Shown in pieces: positions 47,979-56,944 of a stretch of 64,000 nucleotides of DNA (its first letter is position 1; each line of letters starts with the position of its first letter). The stretch covers positions 109,305 to 173,304 of the forward strand of contig JAMCRP010000001.1 of assembly GCA_023380635.1 (NCBI GenBank). The letters run 5' to 3'. Origin of the DNA: Patescibacteria group bacterium. Its GTDB lineage: Bacteria > Patescibacteriota > Microgenomatia > JAMCZE01. The notes under the pieces are model-generated. The model worked only from the letters and a program-made list of their open reading frames with translations. It ran no database searches and was not told the DNA's origin. The position numbers and the translations under genes were made by a program.

Positions 47979-48602
47979 TTGTTTATTTCTTCAAAACCCG
48001 ATAAACTTATTTCTGTGTTCGAAAGTTTAAAAAGCCTGTTTGGGGTTCTCTGGGAATTCGTCGAAGCGGTCGTGTTCGCTTTGATGATTTTCTTTGTCTG
48101 CTATTTATTATTGTTCCAGCCTAATCAGGTCAAAGGCCACTCCATGGAACCCACTTTCCATGACGGCGAATATATTTTGACAGACAAAATTTCCTACCGT
48201 CTTGGTTTTCCGCAGCGCGGCGATGTCATTGTCTTCAAGTCGCCGAAAAACGCCGATGTCGATTTCATTAAACGGATTATTGGCCTGCCGGGGGAAAACC
48301 TGAAAATTTCCGGCGGAAAAGTTTATATTAACGGCACCCTTCTGGACGAAAGCGCCTATCTGGACCCGTCAGTTTATACCGGGCCGGAAAGCTATTTGGC
48401 TGAAAATAAGGAAATCGTTATTCCTTCCGGCTATTATTTTGTCATGGGCGACAACCGGATGCAGTCTTCTGACTCCCGGGATTTCGGACCTGTTCTGCCC
48501 AGCGAATTTATCGGAAAAGTTTTCTGGAGATACTGGCCGATTAATCGTTTTGGAAGAATTGCCGGGGTTAATTACTCCGCGCTGCCGACTTCTACCGAGT
48601 AG
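47979..48602 (+). CDS. lepB: Signal peptidase I
   Basis: N-terminal TM helix; catalytic Ser box GHSMEPT, Lys box, GDNRMQSSDSRDFGPV; TTG start. Confidence 0.85.
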   Translation: MFISSKPDKLISVFESLKSLFGVLWEFVEAVVFALMIFFVCYLLLFQPNQVKGHSMEPTFHDGEYILTDKISYRLGFPQRGDVIVFKSPKNADVDFIKRIIGLPGENLKISGGKVYINGTLLDESAYLDPSVYTGPESYLAENKEIVIPSGYYFVMGDNRMQSSDSRDFGPVLPSEFIGKVFWRYWPINRFGRIAGVNYSALPTSTE

Positions 48603-49429
48603 CTTTCTCCGTCAACCGGGAAAGCTTTTTCCAGAGCGTCATCTACTTTGCGCATGACATCGGAGCTCTTGTCCAAACCCGCCTTAACTACGATCATAAA
48701 CCGCAACTCCCGCATTGACTGAGTTACTTTGACTTTGCCACCCAGGCGGGCACTTAAACGGTTTTCAATCAGAGTAATTTCGTCGCTATGCACCCTCTCG
48801 GTTTCTGAAGCGGGTTTTACTCCGGCTTTGGCTTTATATTGGCGGGAAAGTTCTTCCGCCCGGCGGACCGACCCGCCTTCCCGCAGAATTTGGCGCAGAG
48901 CCTCCACCATCTGGTTGGGATCTTCAATTCCTGCCAGTGCCCGGATATGGCCTTCAGTGACAATTCCGGAAAGCAGAGCATCTTTTAGGGCGTCGGGAAG
49001 CGTCAGTAGCCTTAGGGAATTACTGACATAAGCCTGGGATTTGCCGATTCGCTGCGCAATTTCGGCCGTTCCCAGTCCAAATTCATCCATCATCCTCTTG
49101 AAACCCTGAGCCCGTTCCAACGGGTTAAGATCTACCCGCTGAACATTTTCCACCAGGGCCATTTCCAACATGCCCCGATGGGAAGTTTTCTTAATAATAC
49201 AGGGAACCTGGGTTAAACCGATAATTTTCGAGGCCCGCCAGCGTCGCTCTCCGGCAATAATCTGGTATCCGGCCGGGGTTTCGGCCACTACAATCGGCTC
49301 TAAAATGCCGTGTTCTCTAATGGAGTCAATCAGGTCAACCAACGATTCCGGAGTAATCAAGCCGCGGGGTTGCAGGGGATTAGGTTGCAGGACATTTATG
49401 TCCAAATGGGTAATTTGCTCGTCAGCCAT
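48572..49429 (-). CDS. parB: ParB/Spo0J-family chromosome partitioning protein (no adjacent parA in the window)
   Basis: ParB box GERRWRAS; HTH AEIAQRIGKSQAYVSNSLRLLTLP; GHIRAL; 285 aa. Confidence 0.85.
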   Translation of the reverse strand: MADEQITHLDINVLQPNPLQPRGLITPESLVDLIDSIREHGILEPIVVAETPAGYQIIAGERRWRASKIIGLTQVPCIIKKTSHRGMLEMALVENVQRVDLNPLERAQGFKRMMDEFGLGTAEIAQRIGKSQAYVSNSLRLLTLPDALKDALLSGIVTEGHIRALAGIEDPNQMVEALRQILREGGSVRRAEELSRQYKAKAGVKPASETERVHSDEITLIENRLSARLGGKVKVTQSMRELRFMIVVKAGLDKSSDVMRKVDDALEKAFPVDGESYSVEVGSAE

Positions 49430-49435
49430 AATTTA

Positions 49436-49681
49436 TTAAATGACAGAAATGTATCGGTCGCCTCTTTTTTGCGAAAATTGCACGGTGCCGTCTTTAACGG
49501 CATAAAGGGTGTAGTCGCCGCCCATCCGCACGCCCAGGCCAGGATTAAACTGAGTGCCCCTTTGACGAACGATAATGTTTCCGGACAGAACCTTTTCCCC
49601 GGCAAAAATCTTGACTCCCAGGCTTTTGGCGATGGAGTCGCGGTTTCCTTTAGTAACGGCGCTTCCTTTAACGTGTGACAT
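49436..49681 (-). CDS. rpmA: 50S ribosomal protein L27
   Basis: MSHVKGS...NRDS..K.LGVK...GE.V..G.IIVRQRGT conserved bL27 sequence; no Prp-cleaved N-terminal extension. Confidence 0.9.
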   Translation of the reverse strand: MSHVKGSAVTKGNRDSIAKSLGVKIFAGEKVLSGNIIVRQRGTQFNPGLGVRMGGDYTLYAVKDGTVQFSQKRGDRYISVI

Positions 49682-50753
49682 AGGTGAATACGCAAATATT
49701 TCTTTTTACAGCAGCCTGAGGCCGACTGTATTCGAACGGACCTTTAGAGAGAATATAGCCGATAGCCGCAAGTTTGTCAACCACATTTTTCACAAGGGTT
49801 TTATCTTCTCCAAAGGCAGGCAGCACCATCACGACGGTTCCGTTTGGTTTCAGCACTTTTTTCCAATCCTGTAGTGCATCCAAGTATAACTTTTCAAGCT
49901 TCTCCATAACGCCTGGTGTTTGATACTTAGTATTCCCCGTATTCGGCCCTAGATCAGGTTCAGTAACAATAGCGTTAACACTTCCCACCGGAACTTTTTT
50001 GCTAATCTCCCGCGCGTCAGCCTGCAGCAATTTAAAATTTAAAATTTTAAATTTAAAATTCCTCTGAAGCCACTCAACATTTTCCCGGGTACGCTGTACT
50101 TGAGCAGAACTAATATCGCTTGCTATGACTTCATGTCCCAAAACCAGCGCCTCAGAGGCGATTGTTCCCACCCCGCAAAAAGGATCTAAAATAGTCGCTG
50201 GATACTGGAGACTGGATACTGGTATGGCCAGATTAACCATTTGTCTCGCCACTTTTGGCGGCAGCATGCCAATATGCGCTTCCACCTCCGGCCGGCCGTA
50301 ATCCCGCTTATTCCAGTCTTCAAAATCCTGGACCCAAACTGTTCTGGCTGTGTAATCGTTGGTCACTAAAAATTCTACTAACCTTTGTTTTTTAACCACC
50401 ACGCTGGATAATTCCGTTCCTTCTTTTGGCAGGACAAACCTGGTTTTTATTCCCATATCCCCCAAATCTCTCTTAATCTCTCTCATATCCGGAAGCTTGA
50501 CACCGTAAGCACTCACCCCAAAGTCAATCGAAGCTTTGCCCATACTTTTCAGGTAGCCGGTTATCGAACTTTCTATTATTTCCCCAGCTTTTACCGTTCC
50601 GCCTAATTTCTCGTACGGAATAGGCTGCTCGGTCTCAATCACCAACACTGGGGGTTGGAAGAGGAGTTCTTTACTTTGAAGAAGGCTTTGCAGCTCGGCC
50701 CTTGCGAGCTGCGGGCTGTTTCCCAGAATCAGTAGATACTTTTTCATCCCCAA
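49668..50753 (-). CDS. Putative RNA (guanine-N2 / UPF0020-like) SAM-dependent methyltransferase located between rplU and rpmA
   Basis: DPFCGVGTIASEA SAM motif typical of the RlmL/Trm14/UPF0020 family; overlaps rplU by 83 bp and rpmA by 14 bp; contains an NFKFKILNFK repeat insert. Confidence 0.55.
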   Translation of the reverse strand: MGMKKYLLILGNSPQLARAELQSLLQSKELLFQPPVLVIETEQPIPYEKLGGTVKAGEIIESSITGYLKSMGKASIDFGVSAYGVKLPDMREIKRDLGDMGIKTRFVLPKEGTELSSVVVKKQRLVEFLVTNDYTARTVWVQDFEDWNKRDYGRPEVEAHIGMLPPKVARQMVNLAIPVSSLQYPATILDPFCGVGTIASEALVLGHEVIASDISSAQVQRTRENVEWLQRNFKFKILNFKLLQADAREISKKVPVGSVNAIVTEPDLGPNTGNTKYQTPGVMEKLEKLYLDALQDWKKVLKPNGTVVMVLPAFGEDKTLVKNVVDKLAAIGYILSKGPFEYSRPQAAVKRNICVFTYVTR

Positions 50754-51057
50754 TAGACAGAACTTTAAGAGCGGTAATTAGCGGTCTAAAACCCATAACT
50801 TTTCGGTAGCGCACTTTCGACTTGAATTTGGCGACGCGGATCTTCTCGCCTTTACCATTGCTGACAACTTCAGCAGTCACGCTCGCCTTTTCCACCAGGG
50901 GAGTGCCAATAGATATTTTGCTGTTAACAGCCTGGAGGAGCACCTCTTTAATTTCGACTTTCTCTCCCGTCTTGCCTAAATTTCCGTTAATTTCAAACAC
51001 GGAACCTTCGGACACGAGGTGTTGTTTTCCGCCAAATTTAACCACGGCAAAATTCAT
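50671..51057 (-). CDS. rplU: 50S ribosomal protein L21
   Basis: FAVVKFGGKQHLVSEG...GEKIRVAKFKSKVRYRK conserved bL21 sequence. Confidence 0.9.
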   Translation of the reverse strand: MNFAVVKFGGKQHLVSEGSVFEINGNLGKTGEKVEIKEVLLQAVNSKISIGTPLVEKASVTAEVVSNGKGEKIRVAKFKSKVRYRKVMGFRPLITALKVLSIGDEKVSTDSGKQPAARKGRAAKPSSK

Positions 51058-51072
51058 AGTAGTCAGATTGTA

Positions 51073-52140
51073 CTAAAAAGACCGCTCTTGCGCAATATTT
51101 TCCACAATTCCCAGGGCAATGAAGGTTGCCAGAACCGAAGAACCGCCATAGGAGACAAGCGGCAAAGTGATTCCGGTAACCGGCATAATGCCCATATTCA
51201 TGCCAATATTAATAAAAATTTGGCCCAAAAGCATCATTGCCAAACCGGAGGAAAGGACCCGACCGAGCTTATCAGGCGCCGCCTGGCTGATCTTAAAAAT
51301 CCTCCAGATCAGAACAAAATAAACCAAAAGCAGCACTCCGGCCCCGATAAAGCCCAGTTCTTCAGCCAGGGAAGCAAAAACAAAATCCGTGTGGTGCTCC
51401 GGCAAAAAAAGCAGTTGCGATTGAGTTCCCCGACCCAATCCCAAACCAAATAGTTGGCCCGAGCCCACAGCGATAGTCGCCTGAATGGCATTATAACTGG
51501 CTCCGAGCGGATCTGAAGCTGGGTTCACAAAGCTTATGATTCGGTTTTTTTGGTAATCTGCCAAAAAATGCCAGAACAAAGGTAAAAATATTATTCCTCC
51601 AACTCCGGCGGCTACCAGATAGAAGATATTTATTCCCGAAAGAAAGATCATCGTCCCAAACCCAGCCAGATAAACCAGGGCACTGCCCAAATCCGGCTGC
51701 TTGAAAATTAGAAGCATGGGCACTACCCCCAGAAGCGCCGCCGTCAGGTATTTTTTAAAATTTGTCCTTCCTTCAGTAAGAAAAACTGCCAGACTGGACA
51801 ATAAAAACGGCTTTAAGACCTCCGAAAATTGCAGCCGGAAACCAAGGATGGAAATCCATCTCATCGCCCCTCGGCTTTCCAGCCCTAAAATTAAAGTTAC
51901 AAGGAGTAATCCAAGAGAAACCGCGTAAATTTGTTTCCAGATACTGCCAAATACCCGGTAATCGATTTTGGAAAAGATATAAAACAGAACAAAACCAATC
52001 AGATAGTAAAATACCTGCGAAGCCGCAAGCGATGAGGCAACGCTGCCAATAATTGCCACCCCAAAGCCGCAAAGAACGAGAATACAAACAACAATACTGA
52101 AGTCAAACCCTTTCGATGCGAAGTTCATTCCCTTTAACAA
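51073..52140 (-). CDS. SEDS-family peptidoglycan glycosyltransferase (RodA/FtsW-like), second copy in the window
   Basis: 10 TM helices; conserved NPASDPLGASYNAIQATIAVGSGQLFGLGLG loop. Confidence 0.8.
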   Translation of the reverse strand: MLKGMNFASKGFDFSIVVCILVLCGFGVAIIGSVASSLAASQVFYYLIGFVLFYIFSKIDYRVFGSIWKQIYAVSLGLLLVTLILGLESRGAMRWISILGFRLQFSEVLKPFLLSSLAVFLTEGRTNFKKYLTAALLGVVPMLLIFKQPDLGSALVYLAGFGTMIFLSGINIFYLVAAGVGGIIFLPLFWHFLADYQKNRIISFVNPASDPLGASYNAIQATIAVGSGQLFGLGLGRGTQSQLLFLPEHHTDFVFASLAEELGFIGAGVLLLVYFVLIWRIFKISQAAPDKLGRVLSSGLAMMLLGQIFINIGMNMGIMPVTGITLPLVSYGGSSVLATFIALGIVENIAQERSF

Positions 52141-54949
52141 GTTTTGTAGCTAAAGTTTCCCGGGAAATGTAGTCAGTATACTCCTTCGGCCAATCGGGAA
52201 GATAGACGACAACTTTTTCGTCCAGGCTGGTTCCGGCCGCTTTTCTGGCCTCCTGAATTTCCCGCACCAAGTCCCGCGCTGTCCCTGCCGCTTCCAGCTC
52301 CGGGGTCAGTTTTGTATCCAATTCTACATTTAGTTCTCCTTTACCCAATGTTTGTACTACGTTTTTAACGTTAGTTTCTTCTTTCAATAATTCTACTAAT
52401 TCTTCATTCAATTCAAATTTCAAATTTCGAATTTCAAATTTGGCGAGTGGTTGTCGAAGTCTGATATTCGCCGCTTTCCGTTGCGCGTGGGTTAATTCGG
52501 CTATTTTTCGTACTGTCGCCATCTCTTCCAGGAGTTTTTTATCAACTTTCCCCGCTTTTGGCCAGTTTTCTAGATGAACACTTTTATTACTCGTCAGGTT
52601 GTGATATATCTCTTCCGTGACAAAAGGCATAAATGGAGCCAGAAGTTTACTCAAAGTCACTAACACTTCGTAAGTAGTGCCATAAAATTCGTCATCTCTG
52701 CGGTCCCGGCTCCGACGCAGATACCAGGTAGAAAGGTCATTAACGAAGTCTTCGGTGGCCTTAGCCGGCGTCATCGCGTCATATTTATCCAACCCCATGG
52801 TATTTAGCTCGATAGTTTCGTTCAGTCGGGCTAAAATCCACCGGTCCAAAACATTTTTACTCACCGTTTTCTTCGGCTGCCAATTATCCAACCGGGCATA
52901 GGTGATAAAAAAAGCGTAGACATTCCATAGCATCAGGTAAAATTTTCTTTTTACTTCTGTGGCCACATTAGCGTCAAAATAAATATTGTTAGCCGGATTT
53001 CCCGATTCACAAAACCACCGAATAATATCCGCACCAAATTTGTCAGCTCCCTCAACAAATTCTATGGCGTTACCTAAACTCTTATGGAATGGCCTGCCTT
53101 GAGTATCCAGCATTGTCCCGAAGCCTAAAACTGTTTTCATTGGGTTTGTTTTTTCCAGGACGGTACTCATGGTAATTAGCGAATAAAACCAATTCTTAAA
53201 CTGGCCGGGGAAAGATTCAGTAATGAAATCTGCCGGAAACCATTCTTCCCAGTACTTCCGGTTATGCAGATAATCTAAGGTCGAGAACGAAACGATTCCC
53301 GCGTCTAGCCAGGGGTTTCCGACATCCGGTATTCGGGATACCGTTTCCCCGCACTTGGAACATTTGATTTTTACTTCATCAACCCAGGGTTTATGAGGCG
53401 AATGGTCTTCAAACTTTTCCCAACCTTCGACCGCTCTTTGGTGCAATTCCTCCTTACTGCCGACCACCTCAAAGTGGCCACACTTTTTACATTCGTATAT
53501 CGGCAAAGCTAAGCCCCAATAGCGGTTTGGTTTGGAAATCAACCAATCATGCATATTTTTAAGCCAATCCAGCTCCCGGTCCAAACCGAATGCCGGCAAC
53601 CAGGTGATTTTTTGAGCCACCGCCATCAGCTGTTCGCGTAGAGTTCTCTTTTTCTTATCCGTCGGGTCGGCCTCGTCCATGGCGATGTACCATTCGTCAG
53701 CGACTTTCCAAACCAGCTCCGTTTTACAGCGCCAGCAGGCCGGATAGCGGTGAGTGTAATCCTCAATTTGCCAGGCAAAACCCCGCTCGGTCATCAAATC
53801 CAAAACTATTTCCGGGTGTTTCTTGGCGTTCCGGCCAGCCAGATATTCCAGCGTCGGCAGATAGTCCGCGTTATCCGCAATCACCGGGATCATAGGCAAT
53901 CCCAGTTTTTTGCCCAGTCTGAAATCTTCTTCTCCGGCCGAGACCGCCGTATGCACCATTCCCGTTCCCTCTGTCGTCGTGATAGGCATTAGCAGCGGAT
54001 CAGTGGCAACAACCGTGTGGAACTTTGGATTTTCGGCCGCTTTCTTAACCACTTCGAGATTATCGAAAGCTCCGCGGTACTTCAGTCCCGTCAGGTCTTT
54101 ACCTTTTGCCTCCCTTGTCACCCTCGCCTCCCCCATCAGTCTGTCTTTGGACTGTTTGACAAGCCAATACTTATCCCCTTTCTCGTCTTCCGCCAGGACA
54201 TAATCAAAATTTTCGTCGACGGCAACGGCAATGTTGGCCGGAATAGTCCAGGGAGTCGTTGTCCAAACCAGAAGATACTCTTTATCCCGATCCACGATTG
54301 GAAAACGCATGTAAATTGATTTGTGAGTCAGTTCTTTGTAGTCTTCAGTCAGCATCTCGTGTTGGGAAATCGCCGTTTCGCAGCGCGGACACCAGGGCAC
54401 TGATTCGTGGCCTTTATAAATCCAGCCGCGTTCAAAACAGACTTTCAAAAAATTCCAGATCGTATAGTTGTTTTCTTCAGACATAGTAAAGTACGAGTTT
54501 TCCCAGTCCATAAAATAGCCGAGGCGTTTGCTTTGCTCTGTTTGGATCGAAGAGTACTTAAGGACTCTTTCTTTGCAGCGATTAACGAATTCCGCCACAC
54601 CGTAGAGCTCGATATCCTTCTTGGTCTTAAAACCCAGCTCCTTTTCCACTTCCACTTCTACCCACAAGCCCTGGCAGTCAAAACCATTCTGGAACCGTTG
54701 CTTTTCGCCTTTCATGTTATGGTAGCGCTGGAAGAGATCTTTGTAGGTCCGACCCCAGGCATGATGCACTCCCATCGGATTGTTAGCGGTTATTGGGCCA
54801 TCAAGAAAGGAGAATTTCTTTTTTGATTTGTCATTTTTATGCAGATATTTTTCCACCAAACCGGATTCGTACCACGCCCGCAATAAGTCGCGTTCCATGG
54901 CCGGAAAATCCATCTGTGCCGGAACCGGTTGAAATTGCTGTTTCTTCAT
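52103..54949 (-). CDS. ileS: Isoleucyl-tRNA synthetase; start reassigned to MKKQQF. The track start at 54973 lies inside the leader terminator hairpin
   Basis: Class I HIGH-like PMGVHHAWG, KMSKS-like FHKSLGN, CP1 editing domain, Zn-binding Cys pairs near the C-terminus; about 948 aa. Confidence 0.85.
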   Translation of the reverse strand: MKKQQFQPVPAQMDFPAMERDLLRAWYESGLVEKYLHKNDKSKKKFSFLDGPITANNPMGVHHAWGRTYKDLFQRYHNMKGEKQRFQNGFDCQGLWVEVEVEKELGFKTKKDIELYGVAEFVNRCKERVLKYSSIQTEQSKRLGYFMDWENSYFTMSEENNYTIWNFLKVCFERGWIYKGHESVPWCPRCETAISQHEMLTEDYKELTHKSIYMRFPIVDRDKEYLLVWTTTPWTIPANIAVAVDENFDYVLAEDEKGDKYWLVKQSKDRLMGEARVTREAKGKDLTGLKYRGAFDNLEVVKKAAENPKFHTVVATDPLLMPITTTEGTGMVHTAVSAGEEDFRLGKKLGLPMIPVIADNADYLPTLEYLAGRNAKKHPEIVLDLMTERGFAWQIEDYTHRYPACWRCKTELVWKVADEWYIAMDEADPTDKKKRTLREQLMAVAQKITWLPAFGLDRELDWLKNMHDWLISKPNRYWGLALPIYECKKCGHFEVVGSKEELHQRAVEGWEKFEDHSPHKPWVDEVKIKCSKCGETVSRIPDVGNPWLDAGIVSFSTLDYLHNRKYWEEWFPADFITESFPGQFKNWFYSLITMSTVLEKTNPMKTVLGFGTMLDTQGRPFHKSLGNAIEFVEGADKFGADIIRWFCESGNPANNIYFDANVATEVKRKFYLMLWNVYAFFITYARLDNWQPKKTVSKNVLDRWILARLNETIELNTMGLDKYDAMTPAKATEDFVNDLSTWYLRRSRDRRDDEFYGTTYEVLVTLSKLLAPFMPFVTEEIYHNLTSNKSVHLENWPKAGKVDKKLLEEMATVRKIAELTHAQRKAANIRLRQPLAKFEIRNLKFELNEELVELLKEETNVKNVVQTLGKGELNVELDTKLTPELEAAGTARDLVREIQEARKAAGTSLDEKVVVYLPDWPKEYTDYISRETLATKLVKGNELRIERV

Positions 54950-55399
54950 TTTTAGTACAAAAAAACCGTCCATCTACATTATATATTAGGACGGTTCGAT
55001 ATTAAGCCGCATGCGCTGAGCCTGTCGAAGCGTGGTACCACCTAACTTACTTCTCATTTTGTGAGGGTCTAATCACGCGCTTTCGGCGTGCTTTCTTCCC
55101 CGGCTCCGCAGTGATATCTGCATCTTTGCCTCTTTTATTTTAGCACTTTGTATTTTATTCTGCAGCCTTCGTTCCTGAAAAGCCCCAGGGCATTCTTTAT
55201 CCTTCGGCCCGACACAACTCACATCCTGCTGTCGAATATCTTTTGTACAAATCGGAATTCGTCTAGTACAGACAAACCTTCCCTGACACTTAAGTTCACC
55301 TTGTTGTACCAAAACAACTACTGTGCTCGTAAGAGGTCGGCGGTAGAAACACTTAGGTCGGTATTTCTCAACCATTAATATTCAGCATGTTTTCCTTAC
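54950..55399 (-). promoter_or_regulatory. T-box riboswitch leader of ileS with intrinsic terminator (stem ACCGUCC...GGACGGU + U7) immediately upstream of the start codon
   Basis: On the minus strand, UUAGGUGGUACCACGC (rc of 55030-55046) matches the conserved T-box AAUUAGGGUGGNACCGCG with the UGGN bulge; the terminator is the rc of 54959-54996; an alternative antiterminator pairing (ACGCUUCGA with UCGAACCGU) is possible. Confidence 0.55.
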
Positions 55400-55756
55400 C
55401 TATCGTTCATTGAGCTTAACGACAATAGGCCGTATCAGTTGAATTCCTAAACTGGCCAGCTTTTGGCCAATACCGGCCAAAAAACCCATCAAAACGATAT
55501 GAGCGAACAGATTGGCGCTGTCGTTAATAAGCGACGCCGGAATAATTTCCGTTGACGGGCTACTTATCCCCCGAGTCAATTGCGCCGGCAAACTCCCGGT
55601 CAGGCTTTGACCTAAATTAAGAAAAATTCCCTGCGTTTGAAACAGCTGCACCGGCTTGGCGGCCCCAGTAAAAACCTGGAAGACGCTTAGAGCAGCAACT
55701 ATTATAAATATTATTCCAATGGCTAAAAGAAAATAACCAATAACTTTTTCCGTCAT
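55400..55756 (-). CDS. Small hypothetical membrane protein (2-3 TM helices)
   Basis: 118 aa ORF between the ileS leader and ftsZ; hydrophobic N- and C-terminal segments. Confidence 0.4.
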   Translation of the reverse strand: MTEKVIGYFLLAIGIIFIIVAALSVFQVFTGAAKPVQLFQTQGIFLNLGQSLTGSLPAQLTRGISSPSTEIIPASLINDSANLFAHIVLMGFLAGIGQKLASLGIQLIRPIVVKLNER

Positions 55757-55774
55757 TATTTAATATACCATTTC

Positions 55775-56935
55775 TTACTTCCCTTTTCTCATAAAAGCGG
55801 GGACATCAAAGTCGTCGCCAAACTCATCAAAAGAGGGCGTCGGGGCCGGAGTTTCCGGTTTTTGTTCTTCCGGCTCATCGGGCTGTGGCTTGGTAACTGT
55901 GGCTTTATTGTTATCAGCCTGCGCTGCAACCACTCCGGGTGCGAAATTGCGGTCATAACGCAGTTCCCGCAGCCTCTGACGGTTTTCGTCAAAGCCGGTA
56001 GCAATGACGGTTATCTTTATTTGATCAACCAGGGATTCATCGATAGTGGCTCCGAAAATAATGCGCGCGTCGGGGTCAGCAGCCGAAGCAATAATTTTAG
56101 CCGCATCATCAACTTCCGTCATGGTCATATCCGGACCGCCGATGACATTAAACAAGACTCCACGGGCTCCATCGATAGTTAGTTCCAGAAGCGGGGAAGC
56201 AATTGCCTGCCGAGCGGCCATGCCCGCCCGGTTTTCACCGGAGCCCACACCAATTCCCATTAAGGCTGAACCGGCATTGGACATAATGCTTTTAACATCG
56301 GCAAAATCCCGGTTTATTAGTCCCGGCATGACAATTAGATCGGAAATGCCCTGTACAGAAGCAGAAAGGACAGAGTCCGCCATGCGAAATGCTTCTAAAA
56401 GAGTAACTTTTTTATCCACTGTTTCCAGAATTCTCTGATTGGGAATGACAATCAGGGCGTCAACTTTGTCTTTCAGACCAGCAATTCCGTCTTCCGCTAC
56501 CACCGTCCGGGCCGTTCCTTCAAAGCTAAACGGCTTGGTGACAACTCCCACGGTTAAGACTCCCGCCTTTTTGGCAATATCGGCAATCACGCTTGACGCT
56601 CCGGTTCCCGTTCCTCCGCCCATTCCAGCGGCAATAAAAATCATATCCGCGTCAATGATCTTTTCCTCAATCTTTTTTGCCGATTCCTCAGCTGCCTGCC
56701 GACCTTTCTCCGGATCCCCACCGGAACCCAAGCCGCGGGTCAAATTTTCTCCAATTTGAATCTTTGTCGGAGCCGGATTGGTTAAAAGAACCTGAGCGTC
56801 GGTGTTAATGACCACAAAATCCACGCCCTTGATCGTTCCGGAATTAATCATTGAAGTGACAGCGTTTCCTCCTCCGCCGCCGACGCCGATAACTTTAATT
56901 TTTGCGAAGCGTGTTAAATCTGGTTTAATTAGCAT
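55775..56935 (-). CDS. ftsZ: Cell division GTPase FtsZ
   Basis: Tubulin signature GGGTGTG; T7 loop; acidic C-terminal tail ending DDFDVPAFMRKGK; 386 aa. Confidence 0.95.
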   Translation of the reverse strand: MLIKPDLTRFAKIKVIGVGGGGGNAVTSMINSGTIKGVDFVVINTDAQVLLTNPAPTKIQIGENLTRGLGSGGDPEKGRQAAEESAKKIEEKIIDADMIFIAAGMGGGTGTGASSVIADIAKKAGVLTVGVVTKPFSFEGTARTVVAEDGIAGLKDKVDALIVIPNQRILETVDKKVTLLEAFRMADSVLSASVQGISDLIVMPGLINRDFADVKSIMSNAGSALMGIGVGSGENRAGMAARQAIASPLLELTIDGARGVLFNVIGGPDMTMTEVDDAAKIIASAADPDARIIFGATIDESLVDQIKITVIATGFDENRQRLRELRYDRNFAPGVVAAQADNNKATVTKPQPDEPEEQKPETPAPTPSFDEFGDDFDVPAFMRKGK

Positions 56936-56944
56936 TAATGTTGG

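Noticed and set aside
54950-54973. ileS start codon at 54973 (MDGFFVLK...)
   Set aside because: That ATG lies inside the 3' arm and U-tract of the leader terminator hairpin. The downstream ATG at 54949 (MKKQQF) fits aaRS N-termini better and leaves the terminator intact.
55073-55378. ORFs 55073-55375 (-) and 55148-55378 (+) in the ORF track
   Set aside because: They lie entirely within the ileS T-box leader and terminator region, are Cys/Arg-rich and have no coding-like features; I treat them as non-coding.
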